A stretch of 64,000 nt of DNA from Candidatus Sericytochromatia bacterium (GTDB lineage: Bacteria > Cyanobacteriota > Sericytochromatia > S15B-MN24 > JAQBPE01), in contig JAYKHR010000145.1 of assembly GCA_035285125.1 (NCBI GenBank), positions 14,653 through 78,652 on the forward strand. The letters run 5' to 3'. Positions 29,001 through 38,175 of the stretch are shown piece by piece. The notes below the pieces were generated by a model. It made no database searches, was not told the origin of the DNA, and saw only the letters and a program-made list of their open reading frames with translations. Made by a program: the position numbers and the translations under genes. Each line of letters begins with the position of its first letter. Position 1 is the first letter of the stretch.

Positions 29001-29600
29001 CTCGCCCGCACGCTGCGCGGCCAGCTGCTGCTGGACCTCGGGCGCGTCCCCGAAGCCATGCAGGCGTTCGACACGCTGACGGCGTCAGCACGCGCCAAGG
29101 GGCTGCACCTGGCCTGGCAGTTCGGGCTCTACGGCCAGGGCCTCTGCCTGATCCACGCGGGCCGCCCCCACGACGCCGTGCCCCTGTTCGAGTCGCAGCG
29201 CGACGCCTCGCAGGATGAGCACCACCGCAACCCGCTGGGCCTGGCCTATGCTCACCAGGGCCTCGGCCAGGCGTACATGGCGCTGGGCGACCCGCGCAGC
29301 CTCGGCCACCTCGACACGGCGCTGGCCATCGCCAAGCGGCCTGAGATGGACAACCTCTTCCAGCAAGCCGTCGTGCAACACCTTCGGGGCCTGGTGCTGC
29401 ACGGCCAGGGGCGTCAGGCCGAGGCCGTGGCCGCACTCGGGGAGGCCGGGCGGCTGTTCGGCGTGATGCGCAGCCCGCACTGGCTGCACCGGGTGCATGT
29501 CGACCTGGCCCGCGTCCGCCAGGCCCCGCCGCCCCCCCCGCTCCCCGCCACGAACGCCGGCATCGAGGCGCGCTTCGAGCGCTTCAAGCGGCTGATGTGA
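26085..29600 (+). CDS. Ser/Thr kinase - STAND ATPase - TPR protein, paralog 2
   Basis: GEGAMG, HRDIKAAN, DFG, APE; GAPAGTGKS; LLVVDD; collinear with paralog 1. Confidence 0.92.
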   Translation: MTTPPPDRFTNRYRVLDTLGEGAMGVVYRVADVLDGRAERALKVFKPAAEADDAEARLRFRAEFHAMSRLGHPNTTEVLDYGELPNGTLYIVMELVPGQELMEVIGGRPMPLEACYPVLAQVLQALDYIHARQFLHRDIKAANVRVRPDGVVKVMDFGLMGHASHETSRAVSGTPGYMAPEIPLGGAITPAVDLYAVGCLAYEMLTGTLPFSGSLGEVVRGHMREPPPSLAARRPELPQPLIRLVERLLEKDPARRPPSAGHALEELSAIAGLRATRANVEQQRSFLVASELVGREAELARLQAGLDDALAGRGSALMLGAPAGTGKSRLVAELKLRAQLAGFVVMHGHCHEGGMAPFEALREAIRPALAHGTQEEREQFAAPLAALFPEFGAPAQVRGALVVEPLLAWLGGLSARLPLLLVVDDMHWADQETVDVVNRGIREVGAHRVLCVCTFRDDETPPGSSLWHTLEEGASERLSLGPLDRDGQAALLTSMLPGAQVPAGFSEGLLQATGGNPLFVQAALNVLLEEGHLTRDGNSWRFPLDPSVLAGLERVEASIQRRLAHLSPRSREVLDCAAVLGRQWTLCTLSAVTGLDEDALFCALEDLTHRQLLARGETGACHFPHDRVREVAHAALSPAARAALHLQAGEALAARSDADAHARELGRHFLEGGDDARAWRWLARAGHQALAAGASYTALEHFRDADQALARLPGDHLADQLPMWLLVGQHGFNIATGLAAQMLQRALAALEADPARVAEVLRPLGRSVGEIHVLYAAAMGLWGEPALALAAVAKLEAIAPRDGSPASAMPLVAALPALFVAGRLDATLARARMASSLLAGPLSPGTPALVHTMRVAAMGAQNVLAFQGLRPDPAIRDQALAYARELGDDDPYLPWFYFGVWAAWTGHSAELDVYLERTARKNRKLGGPPHVWLLYLAPYIRWLRGETEGALEQIERNLAIHPHLSEHGLTHMLARTLRGQLLLDLGRVPEAMQAFDTLTASARAKGLHLAWQFGLYGQGLCLIHAGRPHDAVPLFESQRDASQDEHHRNPLGLAYAHQGLGQAYMALGDPRSLGHLDTALAIAKRPEMDNLFQQAVVQHLRGLVLHGQGRQAEAVAALGEAGRLFGVMRSPHWLHRVHVDLARVRQAPPPPPLPATNAGIEARFERFKRLM

Positions 29601-29607
29601 GGCCCGG

Positions 29608-30456
29608 ATGCTGAGCTGGCCGCTGCGCGCCTGGCGCTTCTTCAAAGACCACCCGTGGAACCTCGGCCCGGCCGTGGTGATGGCGATCGCCCACGGGCTG
29701 GCGCTGGCCGCCCCGACCCAGCCCTGCGAACCACGCTTCCTCGTGCTCGCGGGCTGCCTGTACCTGGTGTTCGGCTTCGCCACGACGCTGTACCTGCACC
29801 GCCACCTCACGCACCGGGCGTTCGAGCTCGCCGAGCCCCTGCGCTTCCTGGGCGCGATCGCCGCGGTGGCAGGGCTGGGGGGAGACCCCGTGGGCTGGGT
29901 CGGCGACCACCGCCACCACCACCAGCTGGCCGAGACCCCCGAGGACGTCCACAGCCCTCGCCGCGTGGGCGTCCTGCGCGCGCACTTCGGCTGGATGCTG
30001 CGCGAGGAAGACCCGGCGGTGCTCGGTACCCGCCACCTGGCCGAGGACGTGCGCCGCGACGCTTACAACCGCCTGCTGGAGCACCCTGAGGCGGCGCTCG
30101 GCGTCCACCTCGCCGCCGCGGCCCTCGTGTACGCCTGGGGCGGCCTGCCCGGCCTGCTGTGGGGCTTCTACCTGCCCATCTTCGTCGCGCACCACGTGGT
30201 GTGGAGCGTCAACTCCCTCGCCCACGTGCGCTGGGGCGGCTACCGGAACCACGACACCGACGACGACAGCGTGAACATCCCCGGGTGGTCCCTGGTGGCC
30301 CTCGGGGAGGGCTACCACAACAACCACCACCACGTGCCGCGCGCCGCCCGCATGGGGCAGCGCTGGTTCGAGGTGGACCCCACGGCGGGGCTCATCTGGC
30401 TGCTGGAGCGGCTCGGGCTGGCCCGGCAGGTGGCATGGGGTCCTGAGGGGGCCTGA
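29608..30456 (+). CDS. delta-9-type fatty acid desaturase
   Basis: His boxes HRHLTH, HRHHH, HNNHH; TPEDVHSP; GEGYHNNHH. Confidence 0.92.
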   Translation: MLSWPLRAWRFFKDHPWNLGPAVVMAIAHGLALAAPTQPCEPRFLVLAGCLYLVFGFATTLYLHRHLTHRAFELAEPLRFLGAIAAVAGLGGDPVGWVGDHRHHHQLAETPEDVHSPRRVGVLRAHFGWMLREEDPAVLGTRHLAEDVRRDAYNRLLEHPEAALGVHLAAAALVYAWGGLPGLLWGFYLPIFVAHHVVWSVNSLAHVRWGGYRNHDTDDDSVNIPGWSLVALGEGYHNNHHHVPRAARMGQRWFEVDPTAGLIWLLERLGLARQVAWGPEGA

Positions 30457-30463
30457 CGCCGCC

Positions 30464-33400
30464 CTACCAGCTCTCGGACGGCAGCCCCAGCAGCGCCCCC
30501 GTGCCGCGCACCACGGTGCGCGGCAGGCTGAAAGCGATGTAGTTGCCCGCCGCGACGCGCAGCCGGTCGGGGGCCTCGCAGAACGCCTCCACGGCCGCGG
30601 GCTCGAGGCCGACGGCGGCGGCGAGCAGCACCTCGCGGGCCCGAGCGGCATAGCCGGCCGCCTCGGGCTGGTAGGGGCGCGCCGCCGCCAGCCCGAACAG
30701 CGCGAGCGCACGCGGCACCTGGGCGCCCATGGCTTCGGCCACGTCCAGCAGCGCCCGGAAGTGCCCCGTGGCCTCCGGCGAGCCCGTCGCCAGGGCCCAC
30801 TCGCCGAGCAGCGACCGCATGTCGGCGACCAGGGGCCTCACGCCGAGCCGCTCTGAGAGCACAAGCCCCTCAACGCCCAGGCGCCGCAGCAGGGGCCAGG
30901 CCTCCTGGTGCAGGGCCAGGCGCGCCCGGGCCCGAAGCAGCCGGAGGTGAGCGCCAGGGGCGGGCGTGCCTGCCGCGAGGGCCTCCGCCAGCAAGGCCTC
31001 GGCGCTGGCCTCGTCGTCGCGGCGCAGCGCGAGCTCCGCCCGCACGGCCAGCAGGCGCAGGGCCGGATCGCTGCCGCCGCCGGCGTCGACCAGGCCCACG
31101 AGGGACCCTGCTTCACCCTCTGCGGCGGCCAGGTCTCCGACGAAGAGGTACAGCTCGAGGGCGCCCTGACGCGCCATCACCTCCAGGTAGCGGTGGCTCA
31201 GCTCGGCCCCGAGCGCCTGGGCCCGCGCCAGCAGCGGGAGGGCCTCGGCAGGGCGGCCGAGGTGGGCCGCCGCCAGGGCCTCCACCAGCTGGGCGATGCC
31301 CAGCACGTAGCCGTTCTGCATCTGCATCGCCCGGCCATAGGCAGCCTGCGAGAGCTGCGCCGCCTGGTGGTAGTCTCCGACGCCGAGCGCGACCAGGGCC
31401 CGGTTGGCGAGGGCAGCCACCACGCCCGCGTGCGCCCCGAGCTGCTCGCTGAGGACCTGCGCCTGCTCGTAGGCACGGGCGGAGGCGCCGTAGTCCCCCA
31501 TGGTCTGGTGGGCGCTGCCGAGGAGCATGTGGGCGTCGCGCAGCCCGCCCTGGTCGCCGAGCGACGGCAGCAGCCCGATGACCTCCTGCAGCAGCCTCAG
31601 GCCCCGCTCGGCCTGGCCAGAGGCATACGTCAGCAGCAGGCCGCCGAGGTGGCCGAGCGCCTCGGCCGTCAGCCGCGCCTCACCGGTAGCCCGCGCCTCC
31701 GCGAGGGCCGCCTCGGCCAGCGCGATCGCCTGGGCCGGCTGCCCCGTGAACAGCCACGTTCGCGACAGGTGCAGCGAGGCCGACGCGACGCCGACGCGAT
31801 CGCCCAGGCCCGCATACAGGGCCCGGGCCCGCTCCCCCGCCGCGAGGGCCTCGTCCCAGGCTGCGAGCAGCCGCTGAACCTGCGCCAGGTCTGCCAGCAC
31901 CTCGGCCTCGGCGGCCCGGTCGCCCAGCTCGGCCGCCAGCGGCAGGGCCTCGGCCAGCAGCAGCCGCGCCGCGTGGTTGGCCCCCAGGCCTCGGCGCACG
32001 CGAGCGAGGGCATGCAGGGCCTGCAGCCGCAGCGACATGCGCTCCGAGGCAGCCAGGGACAGCCCGGGCTCGTCGAGGGCCGTGATGGCGTCCTTCAGGA
32101 GCCGATCCGCCGGCGCCAGGGCCTGCAGCCCGAGGTGCCCCAGGCCCGCCGCCAGGGCATAGCGGGCCGTGCGCTCGCGGTCGCCCGCCCGCTGGAAGTG
32201 GTGCGCGAGCGCGGCCAGCCCCGTGGTCCGCTGCGGCCCGTCGGGGCCCAAGCCCACCAGCTCGGCCTCGATGGCCCGGCCCACCGCCTGGTGCAGCGCG
32301 ACCAGCTGGTCGCCGGCCGTGTTGGCGTAGAGGAAGTCCGAGAAGTGGGGCTGCACGAAGCCGTAGGCGCCGCCGTCATCGCGGGCCAGGATGCCCCGAC
32401 GCTCGAGCTCGTCGAGGGCCGCGAGCAGGCCGTCGTCGTCGAGCGCGGCCGCCTGCGCGATCCAGGCCGCAGGGGCCTCGCGCCCGTGCACCGCCAACAG
32501 CCTGGCCACGCGCTGCGGCACGGGCGACAGGCGGTCGACCTTGCCCACGATCAGGGCCGAGAGCTGCCGGGGCACGAGCCCGGGCGAGAGCGCCACACGG
32601 GTGTCCCAGCGCCCGGCGCGCATCGCGAGTGCCCCGCTCGTCACGAGGTGCTCCAGCAAGCCCGCGATCACGAAGGGCACGCCTTCCGTCAGCTCGGCCA
32701 CGCGCGCGACGAAGGCCGGATCGGGCTCGGCCACCCCGAGCATGGCGGCCACCACCTGCCCCACGGCAGGCTCGTCGAGGGGCATCACGGGCACGGCGGT
32801 GACGGCCGCGACCCAGTCGTCCGACCCCTCCGGCGGGTAATTGCCCGCCAGCACGAACAGCACCGGAACGCCTGCCAGCACGCGCATCAGGTTCGTGAGC
32901 AACTCCCGGCCGAGGGGCTCGACCCAGTGCCAGTCGTCGAGCAGCACCAGGAGCCCGGTTCGCCGCGCGTGGGCCTCCATCAGGGTCGCCACGGCCGCCT
33001 GGAGGCGGCGGCGCTCCCCGGCGGCCTCCAGCGGCGGGGCCGGCTCGACGCCCGGCAGCGGCGTCAGCCGTGCGAGCACGGGTGCCACCGCCGCGAGGTC
33101 CTCCTCGGGCGGGCCGAGCGCCCGCCAGACGGCGGCGAGCAGCTCCACCACGGTGGCGTAGGGGGCACCCTCGCGCTCGTGGCTCGCCGCTCGGATCACC
33201 GGCACGTTGGCGATCCCGGCCTGGGAGCGCAAGTCCTCCAGCAGCCGGCTCTTGCCGAGGCCCGGAGGACCGTGCAGGAGCACCGTGGCGCCGGCCTCCC
33301 CGCAGGCCACCTGGTTCAGCCGGTCCGTCAGCAGGGTCTGGGCCTGCTCGCGCCCCACGAGGGGCGAAGAGAGCAGGCTCTCCGCGAAGTGGTCGGGGAT

Positions 33401-34219
33401 CGGGAAGCCCAGCGCCGCCAGGGCCTCGAAGGCGTTCTGAAAGCGTTCCAGCGGGTCCTTCTCCAGCAGCCTGCGCACGACGAGGGCCAGGCCTGGATCG
33501 AGGTCAGGGCACCGGACGGTCAGCGGCACCACGGGGGCCGTGAGGTGCGCCTGCAACACGTCGACGGCCCGGCCCCCCACGAATGGCGGCTCGCCGGCCA
33601 ACAGTTCGTAGGCGACGGCCCCGAGGGCGTAGAGGTCGGCCCGGCGGTCGACAGGGCCTCGCTTGATGACCTCCGGGGCGAGGTACCACAGCGTGCCGGT
33701 GATGGGGCCCCCGGCGCGGCCCGCGAGCTCTGCGAGGCCGAAGTCCGTCAGCTTGAGCTGGCCGTCCGCCGTCAGGCGCAAGTTGGCAGGCTTGAGGTCG
33801 CGGTGAACGTAGCCCTGGGCGTGCACGGCGCCGAGCGCCGAGAGCAGCTGTCCCATCAGCTCCCGCACCCGCCCTCCCGGCAGGGGCGCCTGGCCGTCGA
33901 GCCCGGGCCCCTCGACCAGCTCCATCGTGAAGAAGGGCCGCCCGTCGAGCAACTCGCCGAACGCCAGCCCCTCGCAGCAGTGGGGGTGGCGGACCAGCTG
34001 CATCAGCCGGAACTCACGCCGGAAGCGCAGCAAGGCCGCCTCCCGCCCCTCATCAGGCAGGTTCGGGACCTTCATCGCCACGTCTTGCCCCATCTCCAGG
34101 TCCCGGACCTGCCAGACACGCCCGTAGCCCCCCCCACCGAGGGGCTGGATCAAGGCGTAACGCGGCGGAAGCGGGAGGGACATGGGGGCGATCGGGGCTG
34201 CTTGTCTCTTTTCCATCAT
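30464..34219 (-). CDS. Ser/Thr kinase - STAND ATPase - TPR protein, paralog 3 (more divergent)
   Basis: GGGGYG, HRDLKPAN, DFG, YLAPE; GPPGLGKS; LVLLDD; TPR-like repeats; true start lies within the 30464..36148 ORF. Confidence 0.88.
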   Translation of the reverse strand: MMEKRQAAPIAPMSLPLPPRYALIQPLGGGGYGRVWQVRDLEMGQDVAMKVPNLPDEGREAALLRFRREFRLMQLVRHPHCCEGLAFGELLDGRPFFTMELVEGPGLDGQAPLPGGRVRELMGQLLSALGAVHAQGYVHRDLKPANLRLTADGQLKLTDFGLAELAGRAGGPITGTLWYLAPEVIKRGPVDRRADLYALGAVAYELLAGEPPFVGGRAVDVLQAHLTAPVVPLTVRCPDLDPGLALVVRRLLEKDPLERFQNAFEALAALGFPIPDHFAESLLSSPLVGREQAQTLLTDRLNQVACGEAGATVLLHGPPGLGKSRLLEDLRSQAGIANVPVIRAASHEREGAPYATVVELLAAVWRALGPPEEDLAAVAPVLARLTPLPGVEPAPPLEAAGERRRLQAAVATLMEAHARRTGLLVLLDDWHWVEPLGRELLTNLMRVLAGVPVLFVLAGNYPPEGSDDWVAAVTAVPVMPLDEPAVGQVVAAMLGVAEPDPAFVARVAELTEGVPFVIAGLLEHLVTSGALAMRAGRWDTRVALSPGLVPRQLSALIVGKVDRLSPVPQRVARLLAVHGREAPAAWIAQAAALDDDGLLAALDELERRGILARDDGGAYGFVQPHFSDFLYANTAGDQLVALHQAVGRAIEAELVGLGPDGPQRTTGLAALAHHFQRAGDRERTARYALAAGLGHLGLQALAPADRLLKDAITALDEPGLSLAASERMSLRLQALHALARVRRGLGANHAARLLLAEALPLAAELGDRAAEAEVLADLAQVQRLLAAWDEALAAGERARALYAGLGDRVGVASASLHLSRTWLFTGQPAQAIALAEAALAEARATGEARLTAEALGHLGGLLLTYASGQAERGLRLLQEVIGLLPSLGDQGGLRDAHMLLGSAHQTMGDYGASARAYEQAQVLSEQLGAHAGVVAALANRALVALGVGDYHQAAQLSQAAYGRAMQMQNGYVLGIAQLVEALAAAHLGRPAEALPLLARAQALGAELSHRYLEVMARQGALELYLFVGDLAAAEGEAGSLVGLVDAGGGSDPALRLLAVRAELALRRDDEASAEALLAEALAAGTPAPGAHLRLLRARARLALHQEAWPLLRRLGVEGLVLSERLGVRPLVADMRSLLGEWALATGSPEATGHFRALLDVAEAMGAQVPRALALFGLAAARPYQPEAAGYAARAREVLLAAAVGLEPAAVEAFCEAPDRLRVAAGNYIAFSLPRTVVRGTGALLGLPSESW

Positions 34220-34321
34220 AGCCTCTTTTGGGAATGGCTGACGGCGCGGGATCGGGGCCTGGCTCGCCGGGTGGGGCGCCCCTGCCCCGCCGGGGTATGA
34301 GGGGGGCGAGGAGGGAGGGCC

Positions 34322-36139
34322 ATGGCCGCTGCTGACGTCTGGCGCCGCGCCTTGCTGGGCGCCTGCCTGCTGGCCTGCGGCGCGCCGTGGCCCGCGGTGG
34401 CGGCCCCCCCGAACGCCCGCGAGGCCCTGCGCCAGCTGCTGGCGCGAGAGTGGCAGTGGTCGCTGGCGCAGGACCCGCCGCTGGCCTCCGCGCTCGGCGA
34501 CCGCCGCTGGAACGACCGCTGGCCCCAACACTCGGCAGCGGCGCGCACGGCCAGGCTCACGCACCAGCGCCGCGTGCTGCAGGCGCTCGACGCCATCCCC
34601 GTCGCCCAGCTGCCCGCCGAGGCGCGCCTCGACCACACGCTCTTCCGCCGCAGCGTCACGGACTGGCTGGCCGGCCAGGCCGTCGGGGACGATCTGCTGC
34701 CCGTCACCCCCCTCGCCGGGCCGCAGGTCGACCACGCCCTGATCGACCTGCTGCGCTTCGAGTCCGAGCGGGACCACGTCGATTGGGTCGGGCGGCTGTG
34801 GGCCTTTCCAGGCCACGTCGAGGGCACCATCGCGCGGCTCGAGGCGGGCCGCCGCCGGGGCTTGGTGCTGGAGCGGGGCCTTGCCCGGCAGGTCGAGGCG
34901 CAGCTCGCCCGCGTCGCGACCAGCACGCCGCCCGAGGCCAGCCCCTTCTTCACGCCCCTGCGCCAGCTGCCCGCCGAGCTGCCGCCCGAGCGTCAGGCGG
35001 CGCTGCGGGCCGAGGGGCTCGCCGCCGTCCGCGAGGCCGTGCTGCCTGCGCTGCGGCGCCTGCACGCCTACTGGCAGACCACCTACATGCCAGCTGCCGC
35101 ACCGCGCGTCGGGCTGGCCGCCGTGCCGGGGGGTGAGGCGCTGTACAGGCACCGGCTGCGCCTGCACACCACCACCACGAGCCCCGCCAGCGTGCTGCAC
35201 GCGCGGGCCCTCGCGGAGGTGGCGCAGCTGCAGGCTGAGATGGACGAAGCCCGGCGCGCGACGGGGTTCCAGGGCACGCTGCCCGCCTTCTTCGAGGCGC
35301 TCGGCAAGGACGCCAGGCTCCACCACCCCACGCGGCAGCGGGCCCTCGCCGAGCACGAGCTGCTGGTGCGGCGCCTGGAGCAGGTCACGCCGCGGCTCTT
35401 CCGGGGGCAGCCGCTGCCGCCGTGCCAGGTCCTGCCGGTGCCCGACACGCTGGGGCCCGGCGCGCCCGCGGCCTACTACCTGCCGGCCTCGCTCGACGGC
35501 GCCCGTGGCGGGGCCTTCTTCGTGAACCTGTTCGACCTCTCGCGCCGGCCCACCTACGAGATGGTGCCGACGGTGCTGCACGAGGCCGTGCCGGGACACC
35601 ACCTGCAGCTGACCAGGCAGCAGGCCCGCGCGGACCTGCCCGAGTTCCGCCGCCACGGCCGCCACAGCGCCTACGTGGAGGGCTGGGGGCTGTACGCCGA
35701 GTCCCTCGGCGAGCCCCTCGGGCTCTACCAGAACCCCTACGCACGGTTCGGCCGGCTCAACATGGCGATGCGCCGGGCCCTGCGGGTGGTGCTCGACACG
35801 GGGCTGCACGCCGGGGGGTGGGATCGGGAGCAGGCCATCGCCTTCTACGCCGCCCACGCCGCCCGCCCCCGCCCGGCGATCGCCGAAGAGGTCGACCGCT
35901 TCCTCGCTGACCCCGGGCAGGCCACGGCCTACAAGGTGGGCGAGTGGCAGCTGCTCGCGCTGCGGCAGCGGGCCCGGGAGGCCCTCGGCGCCGGCTTCGA
36001 CCTCCGGGACTTCCACGAGGCCGTGCTGCGCGACGGCGCCGTCCCCCTCGACGTGCTGGAGGCCCGCTTCGAGGGGTGGCTCACGTCCCAGCCGCGGGTA
36101 CATGGCCAGCGGCGGAACGTCCGCCAGGAGGGACCATGA
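34322..36139 (+). CDS. DUF885 family secreted putative metallopeptidase
   Basis: Signal peptide; LHEAVPGHHLQ, YVEGWGLYAE, LDTGLH, PGQATAYKVG. Confidence 0.9.
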   Translation: MAAADVWRRALLGACLLACGAPWPAVAAPPNAREALRQLLAREWQWSLAQDPPLASALGDRRWNDRWPQHSAAARTARLTHQRRVLQALDAIPVAQLPAEARLDHTLFRRSVTDWLAGQAVGDDLLPVTPLAGPQVDHALIDLLRFESERDHVDWVGRLWAFPGHVEGTIARLEAGRRRGLVLERGLARQVEAQLARVATSTPPEASPFFTPLRQLPAELPPERQAALRAEGLAAVREAVLPALRRLHAYWQTTYMPAAAPRVGLAAVPGGEALYRHRLRLHTTTTSPASVLHARALAEVAQLQAEMDEARRATGFQGTLPAFFEALGKDARLHHPTRQRALAEHELLVRRLEQVTPRLFRGQPLPPCQVLPVPDTLGPGAPAAYYLPASLDGARGGAFFVNLFDLSRRPTYEMVPTVLHEAVPGHHLQLTRQQARADLPEFRRHGRHSAYVEGWGLYAESLGEPLGLYQNPYARFGRLNMAMRRALRVVLDTGLHAGGWDREQAIAFYAAHAARPRPAIAEEVDRFLADPGQATAYKVGEWQLLALRQRAREALGAGFDLRDFHEAVLRDGAVPLDVLEARFEGWLTSQPRVHGQRRNVRQEGP

Positions 36140-36663
36140 GCCGTTCATTCAGCTGGCCCAACCTCGCCGCGGCGTTCGCCGCCGTCGGGCTGCTGGCCGT
36201 GGGGCTGTCGTGGGGCCTCCAGCCGGCCACCCCGGGGGCAGGGGGGCTCGCCGTGGGCGGCCCGGCCCCGCCGCTGGTGGGCAAGACCCTCGCGGGCCCC
36301 ACCTTCGACCTGGCCGCGTTGCGTGACAAGCGAGCCGCGCTGGTGGTGTTTTGGGCCTCCTGGTGAGGGGGCTGTCGTGCGGAGGCTCCGCACGTCGAGG
36401 CGCTGCACCGCGCTTACAAGGACCGCTCGCTCGCCGTGGTGGGCGTGAACCTGCAAGACACGCCCGAGGGGCGTGAGGCCGTGATCCGCGAGGCCGGCCT
36501 CAGCCACCCGCAGGTGCTCGACGACGGTGGCGCCCTCGCCCAGGCCTACGGGGTGCGCGCCCTGCCGACGGTGGTGCTGCTCGACCGGCAGGGCGTGGTG
36601 CGGCACGTGGGGCATGGGCTGCCAGAGCGAGACGTGCTGGAGCGGGTGGTGGCCGGACCTTGA
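36136..36663 (+). CDS. TlpA/ResA-like thioredoxin-fold protein, probable selenoprotein (UxxC)
   Basis: VVFWASW-TGA(36364-36366)-GGC-RAEAP continues in frame to VGVNL...YGVRALPTVVLLDRQG; AGGAGG RBS; ATGA coupling to the DUF885 gene. Confidence 0.85.
36374..36396 (+). promoter_or_regulatory. bacterial SECIS-like hairpin
   Basis: CGTGCGGA-GGC-TCCGCACG stem starting ~10 nt after the in-frame UGA, with G in the apical loop. Confidence 0.7.
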
Positions 36664-36774
36664 GGGCGCGTCCGGCCAGGAGGCCTTGGGCGTGGCCTCA
36701 GGCAGCGTCACTTTTTCGCCAGGACGTGAACAAGTCCTGCCCCCCTCGGGCCTATACCATCGAAGGGGTGCCCC

Positions 36775-38169
36775 GTGCGCCCCCTGTGCCACGCTCGCCC
36801 TCGGAGGTCCTCCTTGCTTCGCCGCCTCACGTCGCTCGCCGTCCTCGCGCTCACCCTGGGGGCGTGTGCCGCGGGGCCTCGCCCCGGGGCCTCGCTGCCG
36901 ACGGGGACAGGGGCCACGGCGCAGTCGGCCGCGGCGGACCCGGCCGGCCTCGATATGCCCACCTACATCCGGCTGACCACCGGGCTGCTCGCCGACGCCC
37001 TGCGCGCGGGCGACGCCACCACCGTGAGGCTGTTCACGGCCTATGCCGAGGGCCAGGACCCACAGCCGGACGCCAGCCGGGCCATTGCCAAGGCGGCGCT
37101 CGCAGCCGTGCCGGAAGGCGCCACGGAGGCAGTTGGCCTGCGCGCCTCGGTGGCCCGCATCGCCGCTGGGGACCTTGGCGTCAGGTCGGCCAGCGAGCCG
37201 ACGGGCATCACCTTCCCCGCCGACGAGGGCGACCACCCGCGGGCGCTGACGGAGTGGTGGTACCTCAACGGCCACCTCGAGACCAAGGGCCTCGGGCCGC
37301 TCAAGCGCCGCTTCGGCTACGAGTTCACGCTCTTCAAGGCCGGCGCCCTGCTGCACTGGGCGCATGTCGCCGTCACGGACGTGACCTTGAAGAGGTTCCG
37401 CTACACGCGGGAGTTCATCCCGGCGAAGCAGGCCAAGGGGGCCATCGGGCGGCTCGCGCAGGGCTACGGCCCGCACTCGCTGGAGGGCGTGGGGCCGAGC
37501 GTGTATGCGCTGGCGAGCGGCTTCGGCGACAGCGGGCTGGACCTGCGGCTGACCTCCCAGAAGGCCCCCCTGCTGATCGGCGGCAACGGGAAGATCGACA
37601 TGCCCGAGGGCAAGGACTCCTGGTACTACAGCCAGACGCGCCTGACGGCCACGGGCGCCGTGGTGGTGGGCGGCGAGCGCAAGGAGGTCACGGGCGTCTC
37701 CTGGCTCGACCACCAGTGGGGGCCGTTCTTCGTCTCGGGCTTTGCGGACCGCTGGGACTGGTTCGCGCTGCAGTTCGACGACGGCACCGAGTACAACCTC
37801 TTCGGCTTCCGCAGCGCCAGCGGCCAGGCAGGCAACCGCCACGTGAACCGGAGCGGGAGCGACGGCCGCGGCACTGCCGGCACCCGCTTCACCATGGAGC
37901 GCCTAGACTGGTGGCGCAGCCCGCAGACCGGGATGTACTACACCACCGACTGGCGCATCGGCCTGCCCGAGACGGGCGAGACGGTGGAGGTCGCGGCGCT
38001 GGTGCAGGACCAGGAGCTCGCCCGCCGCAAGGCCTTCCTGGCCGACCCGCTGCCGAACTACTGGGAGGGCGCCATGAGCGCGGTGAAGCACACGGCGGAC
38101 GGCAAGGCCGTGAAGGGCGTGGCTTACTGCGAGCACTTTGGCTTCAAGAGCCCGTCCGGCCCGCGCTGA
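36775..38169 (+). CDS. AttH/CrtC-like (lipocalin-like hydratase fold) lipoprotein
   Basis: LGAC lipobox; HPRALTEWWYLNGHL, SWYYSQTRL, SWLDHQWG, WDWFALQ, YWEG; start uncertain. Confidence 0.8.
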   Translation: MRPLCHARPRRSSLLRRLTSLAVLALTLGACAAGPRPGASLPTGTGATAQSAAADPAGLDMPTYIRLTTGLLADALRAGDATTVRLFTAYAEGQDPQPDASRAIAKAALAAVPEGATEAVGLRASVARIAAGDLGVRSASEPTGITFPADEGDHPRALTEWWYLNGHLETKGLGPLKRRFGYEFTLFKAGALLHWAHVAVTDVTLKRFRYTREFIPAKQAKGAIGRLAQGYGPHSLEGVGPSVYALASGFGDSGLDLRLTSQKAPLLIGGNGKIDMPEGKDSWYYSQTRLTATGAVVVGGERKEVTGVSWLDHQWGPFFVSGFADRWDWFALQFDDGTEYNLFGFRSASGQAGNRHVNRSGSDGRGTAGTRFTMERLDWWRSPQTGMYYTTDWRIGLPETGETVEVAALVQDQELARRKAFLADPLPNYWEGAMSAVKHTADGKAVKGVAYCEHFGFKSPSGPR

Positions 38170-38175
38170 GCGCTT

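Noticed and set aside
34220-36148. N-terminal ~640 aa of the 1894-aa ORF as a giant kinase fusion
   Set aside because: Overlaps the DUF885 gene on the opposite strand; the kinase starts near 34219
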